From Acutalibacteraceae bacterium (GTDB lineage Bacteria > Bacillota > Clostridia > Oscillospirales > Acutalibacteraceae): a DNA stretch of 64,000 bases. The notes beneath the pieces were generated by a model. It was not told the origin of the DNA, ran no database searches, and was given only the letters and a program-made list of their open reading frames with translations. The stretch is taken from positions 3,944 through 67,943 of the forward strand of contig JAXJTR010000092.1 in assembly GCA_036309465.1 (NCBI GenBank). The letters are read 5' to 3'. Positions within the stretch are counted from its first letter, which is position 1. Every line of letters begins with the position of its first letter. This document shows positions 1 through 8,830 of this stretch, in pieces. The translations under genes were made by a program, and so were the position numbers.

Positions 1-2
1 TT

Positions 3-3000
3 AAGGTAACCATCAAGAAAGATGAAACTACTTATGTAGAGGTAGAGAACCCTGCAAAACCACAGACAGTAAAAATTAAAAAGACTTCTGAAAACGGAGT
101 AGTTGAGGGAGTTGTTTTGGATATAGACTGTGATGAGCTTGGTTACCATAAAACTATAACACTAAACAGCACTGGTGAAATGTTGTTAGAGCTTGTCCCT
201 GCAACCTATACAGTAACAGAAATGTACGTACCATTTATGCTGAATGGTGTTGAAGTAAATGGACTTGAATACATCTACGAACCTCAAGAAGCAAAAACCA
301 TTGTTGTTGAGCCTTATGAGGGTCAGGATAGAAATTACACTGTCCAATTTAATAACACCCTAAGAAAGGGCGATTTGACAATACAGAAGATTGCTGATGA
401 TAACGAGGTAATGGGCGTTAAGTTTAACGTAACAGGTACATCAATGTCTGGCGAAGAAATTGATATAACAGGTATTACTGATACATTATCAGAGGATGGT
501 AAATCAGCAAAAGTAATTATTAAAGATATTCCTATTGGTGTTTATACAATAAAAGAAATAGATGCCCCAGACAGATACATAACAACAGAACAGCAAGAAC
601 TAACAATCGAATGGAATATTGATAAAACAATAGCATTTAACAATAGACTAAGCGGTGTTATTTCTACAACAGCAAAAGATAAAGACACAGGTGTTAATTT
701 TGCTTACGCTAACAGTGAAACAACAATAATTGACACTGTGGCGTATGAGAAGCTAGGTACTAATACCACATACAAAGTGGTAGGTACACTGATGGATAAA
801 TCAACAGGTGACGTTCTATTAATAGACGGCAAACCTGTAACTGCTGAAAAAGAATTTAATACAGGTAACAGCAATACAGGAACTGTTGATGTTGAGTTTA
901 TACTTAATTCATCAGCCCTTATTGGTAAATCGGTTGTTGTATTTGAAAAGGTATTCTATAAGGATATACTTGTAACAACTCACGAAGATATTAATGATGA
1001 AGGTCAAACAGTAACTTTTGCAGACCCAGCAATCGGAACAACATTAACTGATACAATTATTGATGGTCACGATAGTTTTGTTAGAGAAGAAACTACTCTA
1101 ATTGATAAGGTAGAATATACAAATCTTCTTGCTGGTTATGAGTACACTGTAAAAGGCTTATTAGTTGATAAGTCAACAGGCAAAGCTATTTATTCAGATG
1201 GAAAAATGGTTGAAAGCCAAACAACCTTTACAGCAAATGACACCAATGGAACTGTTGATGTTGAGTTCAACTTTAATAGTTTAGACTTAAAGGGTAAGTC
1301 AGTTGTTTGTTATGAAGTGTTATTGTTCGGTAGCAATGTAATAGCTGAGCATAGAGATATTAATGATGAAGGTCAGACTATTAAATTCAAAGAACCAGAT
1401 GCAGAAACAACAGCCGTTGATGCTGATACAAAGGGTCACAAAGCTTATGTAAATGATACAACAACAATAATTGACACAGTATCGTATACAAACCTTGTGG
1501 TTGGAAAACAGTATACTGTAAAAGGTACACTGATGAATAAGGAAACTGGCGAACCACTTATGATAGATGGTTCAGTTGTTGAAGCAAGCAAGGTATTTAT
1601 AGCAGATGCCAAGAATGGCAATGTAAATCTTGAGTTCACATTTAACTCTAAGGCACTTATTGGTAAAGAAATAGTTGTATTTGAAAATGTTTATTATAAA
1701 GACATTAAAGTTGCAACACATACTGACATTAATGATGATAACCAAACAGTTAAATTTGTTGAGCCAAGCATATTAACAACAGCAAAAGATAATGATACAC
1801 AATTAAATATTGCCCACGAACAAGCTAAGACCACTTTGATTGATACGGTGGAATATAAAAATTTAGTAGTTGGAAAAGAGTATACTTTAGATGGCTACTT
1901 AATGGATAAAGAAACAGGGGACTATTTATTTGTTAATGGTAAAAAAGTAACAGGAACAACTACATTTGTTGCTGAAACAGAAAACGGTAAAGTTGATGTT
2001 GAGTTTATTTTCAATTCAAGTGCGTTAAAAGGTAAGTCAGTTGTATGTTATGAAATCCTATATTTCAAGGGAAAAGAAATTGCCAGTCACGCTGATATTA
2101 CAGACGAAGGACAAACCGTGACATTTACAGATACCAATATTAAAACAACAGCTAAAGATAGTAAGACCGAAGAACATTTTGCTTATGTAAATGAAAAAAC
2201 TACTATTATTGATGCAGTTGTTTATTCAAATCTAATCGTTGGTAAAGAGTACACAGTAAAAGGAACATTGATGGTTAAATCAACAGGAGAGCCATTAATG
2301 GATGGTGGTAAGCCTGTAACTGCTGAAAAGACATTTATTGCCGAAACAGCAAATGGAACTGTTGATATTGAGTTTACATTTAATTCACTTGCACTAAGAG
2401 GTGAGAGTGTAGTAGCTTTTGAAGATGTATACTTTGATGAGCTAAAAGTTGCAAGTCATACAGACCTTACAGATGATGAACAGACTGTTAAGTTTAAAGA
2501 CCCATCTATCAAAACAACAGCTACAGATAAATCGACTGGCAAAAAGGAAGTTGAGAGTAATAAAGAAGTAACAATAGTTGATATTGTAGAATACAAAAAC
2601 TTGATAGCTGGAAAAGAATATACAATCAAAGGTACATTAATGTTTAAAGAAACAAATCAACCATTAATAGAAAATGGAAAATATGTAACCTCTGAAAAAA
2701 CTTTTGTAGCAATGAGCGAAAATGGAACGGTTGATATTGAATTTACATTTAATAGTGCTTCATTGGGGGGCAAATCAGTTGTTGTATTTGAGAAAATGTA
2801 TTTTGGCGAATTGGAAGTAGCTTCACACGAGGACATCAACGATAAGGGACAGACTGTATACATAAAATCAAGCGGTTCAGGTGATTTTGATGGAGGAGAT
2901 ACCCCATTAACAGATACAGATATATCAATAGAAACAGATGAAGATGTAACAGGTAATGGAACACCAAATGGTTCAGATACCCCTAATACTTCTAATGAAC

Positions 3001-3119
3001 CAAATACGCCAACAAAAACAGGTGATATTACCACAGTCAAAACAATGTTTATGGTTGCAATAATGTTGATTTCAGCATTGATTGTAGTTGCTACTTATCG
3101 CAAAAAGAAACATTCATAA
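3..3119 (+). CDS. Surface-anchored adhesin, 5' end cut by window edge; Cna-B/SpaA-like part plus six Thr-Gln ester-bond (VaFE-type) repeat domains and a C-terminal sorting signal
   Basis: Frame is open from nt 3, with no stop before the listed TTG at 117. Six repeats end in HxDxxDxxQ (HEDINDEGQTV, HRDINDEGQTI, HTDINDDNQTV, HADITDEGQTV, HTDLTDDEQTV, HEDINDKGQTV) and carry VVFE/VCYE. C-terminus is PTKTGD + hydrophobic helix + RKKKHS. Confidence 0.8.
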   Translation, partial: KVTIKKDETTYVEVENPAKPQTVKIKKTSENGVVEGVVLDIDCDELGYHKTITLNSTGEMLLELVPATYTVTEMYVPFMLNGVEVNGLEYIYEPQEAKTIVVEPYEGQDRNYTVQFNNTLRKGDLTIQKIADDNEVMGVKFNVTGTSMSGEEIDITGITDTLSEDGKSAKVIIKDIPIGVYTIKEIDAPDRYITTEQQELTIEWNIDKTIAFNNRLSGVISTTAKDKDTGVNFAYANSETTIIDTVAYEKLGTNTTYKVVGTLMDKSTGDVLLIDGKPVTAEKEFNTGNSNTGTVDVEFILNSSALIGKSVVVFEKVFYKDILVTTHEDINDEGQTVTFADPAIGTTLTDTIIDGHDSFVREETTLIDKVEYTNLLAGYEYTVKGLLVDKSTGKAIYSDGKMVESQTTFTANDTNGTVDVEFNFNSLDLKGKSVVCYEVLLFGSNVIAEHRDINDEGQTIKFKEPDAETTAVDADTKGHKAYVNDTTTIIDTVSYTNLVVGKQYTVKGTLMNKETGEPLMIDGSVVEASKVFIADAKNGNVNLEFTFNSKALIGKEIVVFENVYYKDIKVATHTDINDDNQTVKFVEPSILTTAKDNDTQLNIAHEQAKTTLIDTVEYKNLVVGKEYTLDGYLMDKETGDYLFVNGKKVTGTTTFVAETENGKVDVEFIFNSSALKGKSVVCYEILYFKGKEIASHADITDEGQTVTFTDTNIKTTAKDSKTEEHFAYVNEKTTIIDAVVYSNLIVGKEYTVKGTLMVKSTGEPLMDGGKPVTAEKTFIAETANGTVDIEFTFNSLALRGESVVAFEDVYFDELKVASHTDLTDDEQTVKFKDPSIKTTATDKSTGKKEVESNKEVTIVDIVEYKNLIAGKEYTIKGTLMFKETNQPLIENGKYVTSEKTFVAMSENGTVDIEFTFNSASLGGKSVVVFEKMYFGELEVASHEDINDKGQTVYIKSSGSGDFDGGDTPLTDTDISIETDEDVTGNGTPNGSDTPNTSNEPNTPTKTGDITTVKTMFMVAIMLISALIVVATYRKKKHS
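660..2870 (+). repeat. Six tandem coding repeats of about 125 codons (ester-bond domain array) inside the adhesin gene
   Basis: Units begin at TTAKD/TTLTD/TTAVD/TTAKD/TTAKD/TTATD and end at GQTV(T/K/Y)(F/I). Periodicity is visible in the translated ORF. Confidence 0.85.
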
Positions 3120-3287
3120 ATGGCATTTATTTGGCGATAGAGCAATGAAAACTTTCAACTGATAAGAGAAGGTGTCACAAGTGTTTACGCTTGTGACACC
3201 TGTAAAACGGAATAATAGAGTTGTAAACAGAAATAGATGTCATATAAATGATGTTTATTTGTGTTTATAAAGAAAGAAGGGAAAAAT

Positions 3288-3509
3288 ATGAATGAAAGTA
3301 TGAATGTAACAGGAGAAAGATTGAAAGAGTTAAGACAAGCATTAGGATTGAGTAAGACTCAAGTTGCGGAACAACTAGGTTTAATGATGTCCTCGTATTA
3401 TACGTATGAAAAGCAAGGCAGAGCATTACCATATTCAATAGCAATGCAAATAGCTAGATACTATGATGTTGATGTGGCTTATATACTTGGCGAAACTGAT
3501 GAAAAATAA
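3288..3509 (+). CDS. XRE-family helix-turn-helix transcriptional regulator
   Basis: Sequence GERLKELRQALGLSKTQVAEQLGLMMSSYYTYEKQGR is a typical Cro/C1 HTH. ATG 3288 follows AAGAAGGGA; the listed start at 3261 lacks an RBS. Confidence 0.75.
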   Translation: MNESMNVTGERLKELRQALGLSKTQVAEQLGLMMSSYYTYEKQGRALPYSIAMQIARYYDVDVAYILGETDEK

Positions 3510-3522
3510 GGGGAAATAAATA

Positions 3523-4722
3523 GTGAAAAGGATAACAACTTTTATAATGCTACTTGGTTTAATATTTTCAACACCCTTGACTGTGGAAAGTATTAGTATG
3601 AATGAATTTTCATATAAGAAAATAGACGAGAATAAGGTGCTATCTTCTTATAATTACAGTGATGGTGCAAATGAACCGAAATTTGATTATCAGATAGAGT
3701 ACGAAGGTAATACATATAATCTGGTTGATAATAGTGTTACCTCGCAACGAAATGAAAACGGTAGCCAAGATTTTCATAAGACAATAAAAAGAACGGTTGC
3801 TGATATGCTTTATAATCAAAGCGAATTTACTTTAGAAGATGCAGAAAAAGAAATAACTGTTACTGATGGGGATAAACAGTATAAAGCAAAAGCAGAAAGT
3901 ATTGAATATGAAAATAGTCTTATAATAAACAGAAAAACAAATGCCACATATACAAAAAAATATATTGGGGAAGAACAACGACCTGAGATACCACAAAAAA
4001 TGTCCTTTAATGTTAAGGATAAAAATACTGGGAATAATGTTACCGTTACAGCTCCTCTTAAAGATGTAAATAAGGGTAATGATTACTGGAAAGATATAAC
4101 CAATCCTTTTACATTTAAGGCAAATAATTATAATGCTGATACTATAACGATTACGGTTAATGGTAAGGTTATAACAATTAACAAGGATAGCAATTCACCG
4201 ATTGACAGCAAATATTATGATGATTTATTGCTTGCAAGAGGTATGAATACAAAATATTATCGTTTAAATTCCCTAACTTGGGATGGTGAAGCTTACGAAG
4301 AAAATGGTGTATGGTATAGAAATGCTAAAGGTGTTTGTCAGCACAAAGTAGCAGATTATATTGCTGAATATGGTGGAGAAGTTCTCTTACCTGATTACAA
4401 CGGTTATAAAGCTGTTGTTGTATATGGTTATGATACAAATGAAATAGAATACATAAATACAATGACAGCCGAATATATACGTGCATCAGAACCGACAACT
4501 GAAATAGTTACGGAAGCAATAACAGAGAGGCAAACTGAAACACATACAGAAAGTATAACGGAAAAGAAAACAGAGGTACAATCAGAAGCACCAACGGAAG
4601 CACAGGTTGAGACGGAAAATAATACACCGTTAATCATTTTATCAATTAGTGTAGGTATTGTTATTATTGCATTAGCAGTAGTAATAATCTTATATATTAT
4701 TCAGCGTAAAAAAGTGACTTAA
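3523..4722 (+). CDS. Secreted, C-terminally membrane-anchored protein of unknown function
   Basis: N-terminal signal-like helix (ITTFIMLLGLIFSTPL). T/E-rich low-complexity stalk (TEAITERQTETHTESITEKKTE). C-terminal TM followed by QRKKVT. GTG start after AAGGGGA. Confidence 0.6.
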   Translation: MKRITTFIMLLGLIFSTPLTVESISMNEFSYKKIDENKVLSSYNYSDGANEPKFDYQIEYEGNTYNLVDNSVTSQRNENGSQDFHKTIKRTVADMLYNQSEFTLEDAEKEITVTDGDKQYKAKAESIEYENSLIINRKTNATYTKKYIGEEQRPEIPQKMSFNVKDKNTGNNVTVTAPLKDVNKGNDYWKDITNPFTFKANNYNADTITITVNGKVITINKDSNSPIDSKYYDDLLLARGMNTKYYRLNSLTWDGEAYEENGVWYRNAKGVCQHKVADYIAEYGGEVLLPDYNGYKAVVVYGYDTNEIEYINTMTAEYIRASEPTTEIVTEAITERQTETHTESITEKKTEVQSEAPTEAQVETENNTPLIILSISVGIVIIALAVVIILYIIQRKKVT

Positions 4723-4757
4723 TGCGTTGAAAATCTAAAAGAAAGGAAGATGTAAAA

Positions 4758-5069
4758 ATGGGAATTGTCACAACATTACAGACAGTATCATCACAACTGG
4801 AAATACAACTAATGTCACCAAAGGTTACCACGACAAAAAGTATTATCGAAGAAATTGCTTCTAAGGTGTATACTTTTCTAGATGATATGAAGCTTATAGT
4901 CCCAGTTATTATGGCGGCGATTGTTCTTATTTGTGGTTTCATATTAATGCTAATGGGTGATAAAGCAACAGAGAAAGTAAAAGGAATATTTATTAAAATA
5001 ATAATAGGATGTATATTAGTTGCTTTTGCAGTTCCAATAAGTAGTGCCGTATGTGGAATATTTATGTAG
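4758..5069 (+). CDS. Small two-TM membrane protein, VirB2/TrbC-like by size, topology and position
   Basis: 103 aa with two hydrophobic helices in the C-terminal half. Lies immediately upstream of the VirB6-like gene. RBS AAAGGAAG. The call rests on topology only. Confidence 0.45.
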   Translation: MGIVTTLQTVSSQLEIQLMSPKVTTTKSIIEEIASKVYTFLDDMKLIVPVIMAAIVLICGFILMLMGDKATEKVKGIFIKIIIGCILVAFAVPISSAVCGIFM

Positions 5070-5215
5070 CATAAAACGACGATTATAAGTTGTATGAACA
5101 CTGTAGTTAATGCTGTAAAAGTATTAGCTACAGTGTAAATTCTAATGAAGATGAAATTTACACGTAGAGGCTTATGTGGATTTTTATATATAGCATAATG
5201 AAAGGAGATGTGAGA

Positions 5216-8161
5216 ATGTCATACACGACATTTCTTGAACATTTGATGGGAAGTACAGAGTATTCAACACTCTTTGGAGCATCAGATATGTTTCGTATGA
5301 TATTGGTGGGAGTAGCTTGTATTTTAAGAAGTATTTGTGATGCGGTCGAATATCTGTATTCTTCAAGTTACAAGATATTCGGCTTTTTGTATTCTGATGA
5401 GTTTATAAATGTTATCGCACCATATAAACCATTTATTCTGGCTGGAATAGCCGTATCCATTTTTTTATTAGGTATGAATTTAATAATTAAAGGGGATGAG
5501 GTGATACGCAAGGGTTCTCACAAAAAAGCTATTCAGAATGTATTGTTACTTATAATTTTGCTGGTAGGAGTACCTTTATTATTGACAGGTACATCACCTT
5601 ATACACAATACAAGGGTACTATAAGCGGAATTAATTTGAAAAATCATTTTGTTTCTGATACAGCAGATAGTATGTATAATATTACGGCTGGAAACGTTGA
5701 TGGCTATGGACGTAATTTTACACAAGCAGATTTGTGTGCAGCCGAAGCTATGACGGATATTGAGTACATTATTTTTAATAATAATTACTGGAATTATTCA
5801 ATGGATAACTCACAGTTTAACTCTATTAAAAATCCTTATGTAAGAGATGGTTATGATTTTGTTCCTATATACGATAATTGTAAAGGAGCTTTTGACTATT
5901 TAGTGGCAAATTCAATAGATTACATATCGTGCGAAGAAATAGACAGAATGACAGATGGTGGAGAAGCTTTTAATCGAAAAAAACCTTATAATATGCAAGC
6001 AATCGGAGCTTCTGGATTACCAGAAGAAAATAACAATGACCCATTTTGGAAAGTTTATTTATACCATCATTGGAGCGTTATCAGAGATGGTAATAAAAAA
6101 ATATACATAGGTGATTATTATGAGCCACTGCCATTAAATGGTATGGCAAGAGGAGATTTACCTTATCAAATAACAGTAGATTGGCTGAATTTTTTCATAT
6201 CATTATTAATTGTAACAATAATGATGATAGCTACAGCGTATAAAATCATAAAACTTATATTTGATTTAGCATTTAATTATCTATTTTCAGCGGTAATAGC
6301 ACCTTTTGACCTCACAGGGGGGCAAAAGATAAAGGAAATAATAATGTCAAGCGTTGGTATTGTTGTTTGCTTATGGTTTTCTGGAGTAGTATTTCAAATA
6401 TTTTGTGCTGGCAGACAATTCTTAAATTCACAAGACTGGTTATCAGGTCAGCCAATAGCAAAAAATATAATCCTTATATTTATAGCATTAGCGTGTATAC
6501 AAGGACCTGAACTGCTAAAGAAAATTTTAGGTGTAGATGGTGGACTTGCAAAATCTATGGCAACGGTTGCAGGAGCTGGTATGGTTGCAGGGGCAATAGC
6601 AAAAGCACCAGCAAAAGCGATTGGTGGTGCATCAAGACATATAGCACAGTTTTATGGAAGCTCTGCTAATGCGTATCATAGTGGTATTGCTAGAGCAACA
6701 GAAAAATTTGTTAGAGAGGGTGTTCCACGTTCTGAAACACAGTCTGGAAAATCTAATTCCAGATTAAAGAACGAATATGGAGAGCAAATGGCAATTAATA
6801 GACAACAACGTGTTGATGATGCTATAGCAGGGCGATTTAATACACGAGGTTATCAAGAACGAACAAAGCAGAGGCAAGATAGACTTGATAATATTAAGGC
6901 TAAACGAGAGATGCAAAATGAAACTCAAGCAAATCAAGCAACTGCAAGAATGTATGATGATGTGAAATCAGGTGCATCACAAAACTTGGTTGCTTCACGA
7001 TATGCTATGGAAAATGCCGAGGCAAGAGCAAATGTAAATTATCGTGATACTGACGAAGGAAGAACTGCTACCGAAGAAAACGTATTAACTGGTATTGAGG
7101 CAAATACACAATTTGCAAATGCAGAGGCTCAAGCTAGAGAAAATAATCCTGATATAGCACATAAAAATGCAGTTGCAAATGCCGAAAGAGAAGTTACTAT
7201 TAGTAGTCAGACGGCTGAGGTAATGGAGAATAATCCAAGTTTAGCTCAAAGACAAGCAAATACTAATATGAGAATGGAAACAGTATCTAATAATGCCATT
7301 GCAACAGCCTTTAATAATAATTCTCAACAGTCAGAAAATTTAATGATGTCGAGGGCAAACGCTGAGATTGCAAGTAATAATGCAAGCATTAATTATAAGA
7401 ATACTGAACAGGGCAAGCTTGCAGAACAAACTATTGCACAACAAGAAATGCAACAACAAATTTCTTCTTACAATGCTAATACTAATGCAAGACAAGCTTT
7501 GCAAGGTCAACAGTTAGAAGGTGCTTCACTAGGGGAACAGTTAGAAGGTGCAAGGTTAAATAATAAGACATCACAGATGGAAGATAAGGCAAATTACTTA
7601 CACGCTAATGTCCAAAGTGGCGTTAATGAAAAGTTGGCTTCATCTAATTTAGAAAGAGCAGAGAACCGAGTTGAAGCAACTTATTCTGAAAATTATGCTG
7701 GTGATGTTGAAAGCACACAAGCAAGCTTATTACAGGCAAAGGCTACAACATATAACGCAGAAACATCAGCGTGGGAAAATAATAAACCTTATACTGGTGA
7801 CTATATAGAAGCAAAAAACACATACGAAGCTACTGTTCAACAAGGTATAAATAGTAGAGGTGAAACTATAATAGAAAAAAGTCCACATACCAAAACCTCA
7901 CAAAGTAGTGAAAATGGAATGGCTAGTAGTTCAAAAGATAACCACAGGTCTGTTTCAAATGGAGATAACTTGAATTATGCAACACAAAGAAACATATCAC
8001 CAACGGTAGAAAATAGAAGAAGTGATAATACAGTTGCAGTAAATGGTAAATCTAAACCTAAAAATAGTTATCAAGAAGCTCTTGAACACGAAGTAAATCT
8101 TACTGAGGTTTTAAGGATGAGAAATAGGCGTAATAACAAAACAGGTGGATTTAAGAGATGA
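5216..8161 (+). CDS. Polytopic membrane protein (VirB6/TcpH-like role) with a long Q/N/A/E-rich C-terminal extension
   Basis: ATG 5216 follows AAAGGAGATG. Several hydrophobic helices lie in the first ~470 aa. The C-terminal half is low-complexity (NAEARAN, NAEAQAREN, ANAEREV). Position is upstream of PrgI/VirB4. Confidence 0.6.
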   Translation: MSYTTFLEHLMGSTEYSTLFGASDMFRMILVGVACILRSICDAVEYLYSSSYKIFGFLYSDEFINVIAPYKPFILAGIAVSIFLLGMNLIIKGDEVIRKGSHKKAIQNVLLLIILLVGVPLLLTGTSPYTQYKGTISGINLKNHFVSDTADSMYNITAGNVDGYGRNFTQADLCAAEAMTDIEYIIFNNNYWNYSMDNSQFNSIKNPYVRDGYDFVPIYDNCKGAFDYLVANSIDYISCEEIDRMTDGGEAFNRKKPYNMQAIGASGLPEENNNDPFWKVYLYHHWSVIRDGNKKIYIGDYYEPLPLNGMARGDLPYQITVDWLNFFISLLIVTIMMIATAYKIIKLIFDLAFNYLFSAVIAPFDLTGGQKIKEIIMSSVGIVVCLWFSGVVFQIFCAGRQFLNSQDWLSGQPIAKNIILIFIALACIQGPELLKKILGVDGGLAKSMATVAGAGMVAGAIAKAPAKAIGGASRHIAQFYGSSANAYHSGIARATEKFVREGVPRSETQSGKSNSRLKNEYGEQMAINRQQRVDDAIAGRFNTRGYQERTKQRQDRLDNIKAKREMQNETQANQATARMYDDVKSGASQNLVASRYAMENAEARANVNYRDTDEGRTATEENVLTGIEANTQFANAEAQARENNPDIAHKNAVANAEREVTISSQTAEVMENNPSLAQRQANTNMRMETVSNNAIATAFNNNSQQSENLMMSRANAEIASNNASINYKNTEQGKLAEQTIAQQEMQQQISSYNANTNARQALQGQQLEGASLGEQLEGARLNNKTSQMEDKANYLHANVQSGVNEKLASSNLERAENRVEATYSENYAGDVESTQASLLQAKATTYNAETSAWENNKPYTGDYIEAKNTYEATVQQGINSRGETIIEKSPHTKTSQSSENGMASSSKDNHRSVSNGDNLNYATQRNISPTVENRRSDNTVAVNGKSKPKNSYQEALEHEVNLTEVLRMRNRRNNKTGGFKR

Positions 8162-8224
8162 TTTATATGCTAGGGATAGTGAAAGAACAATTCTTCACTA
8201 TCCCTGCAAAAAGGAGAGTTAATA

Positions 8225-8446
8225 ATGAGTAGTAATAGTAACAATGATGGTTTAACACCTTATCAGGAAGCTCTTGAACACGAAGTAAATCTTACTGAGG
8301 TTTTAAGGATGAGAAGTAAAAGATTGAAAGAACAAGGTTTGTATACAACTCAAGATGTTCCATTGGGGACGGAAGTAAACCTATCTCAACGGATGCAAGA
8401 AGCTTATAAAAAACATCAGCAAATGATTAAGAATAATAAGGAGTGA
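8225..8446 (+). CDS. Small hypothetical protein sharing an 18-aa segment with the C-terminus of the upstream protein
   Basis: RBS is AAAGGAGAG. YQEALEHEVNLTEVLRMR is identical to the tail of the 5216-8161 product. Confidence 0.55.
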   Translation: MSSNSNNDGLTPYQEALEHEVNLTEVLRMRSKRLKEQGLYTTQDVPLGTEVNLSQRMQEAYKKHQQMIKNNKE

Positions 8447-8452
8447 TAAGCG

Positions 8453-8830
8453 GTGGCAGAATATCCTATCGTTAAAGAATTAAAATCCGAAATACGTATT
8501 TTTAGCAAAATAACTTTTTCGGATTTAGTAATAGTTCTATTATTTTTGTTATTGGGTCTTGGAACACAAGAAATGGTTTCTCCTCAGTTAAGCGGAATTT
8601 ATGTTTTTTTTAATGTGATAGTTGGTGTGTTTTGTGTTTTAAGAAGTCCTACAAATAAGGACAAAAAAGTGATTGTTTCAATGTTACTAGCACTAATACG
8701 AAATAAAAACAAATATTATGGGTTTGAAATGCCAAAAGTTAAGGAAGTTAAGGCAACAAAAGAAGCTATTGAAACTGAGAATATGCTGTTAGAATATGTA
8801 AGGAGTGAGAGTGGTAATGCGAGAGAATAA
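8453..8830 (+). CDS. PrgI/VirB3-like small membrane protein
   Basis: 125 aa with two TM helices. It directly precedes and overlaps the VirB4-like ATPase gene, the usual Gram-positive T4SS arrangement. Confidence 0.55.
   Translation: MAEYPIVKELKSEIRIFSKITFSDLVIVLLFLLLGLGTQEMVSPQLSGIYVFFNVIVGVFCVLRSPTNKDKKVIVSMLLALIRNKNKYYGFEMPKVKEVKATKEAIETENMLLEYVRSESGNARE

Noticed and set aside
4697-5101. Antisense or alternative-frame ORFs from the track. Examples: 1445-1639, 2657-3040, 4428-4637, 4697-5101, 5184-5366, 9590-9805, 11138-11538, 11629-12241, 12973-13200, 13565-14209, 15075-15533, 16643-16831, 17654-17848, 19283-19657, 20119-20319, 21844-22176, 22867-23151, 25342-25548, 26062-27360, 28105-28290, 29625-29893, 30974-31156, 32347-32535, 33375-33912, 38354-38668, 38695-38880, 40002-40316, 43680-44162, 45474-45752, 47301-47483, 49206-49445, 50334-50516, 52674-52874, 55148-55607, 56341-56547, 57363-57769, 58369-58919, 59067-59312, 59636-59830, 61383-61619, 62679-63148.
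   Set aside because: All are embedded in or opposite to longer ORFs that have RBSs and recognisable motifs. They lack RBSs and have the hydrophobic or low-complexity composition expected of shadow frames in AT-rich DNA.
5100-5160. Two hairpins between the VirB2-like and VirB6-like genes (13-bp stem CACTGTAGTTAAT/ATTAGCTACAGTG, then GTAAATT.../AAATTTAC) as a possible riboswitch or ncRNA
   Set aside because: They are short, have no conserved second copy and no own promoter. An intra-operon stabiliser or partial terminator adjusting pilin-like gene dosage is the most likely explanation. They are noted but not promoted to a finding.
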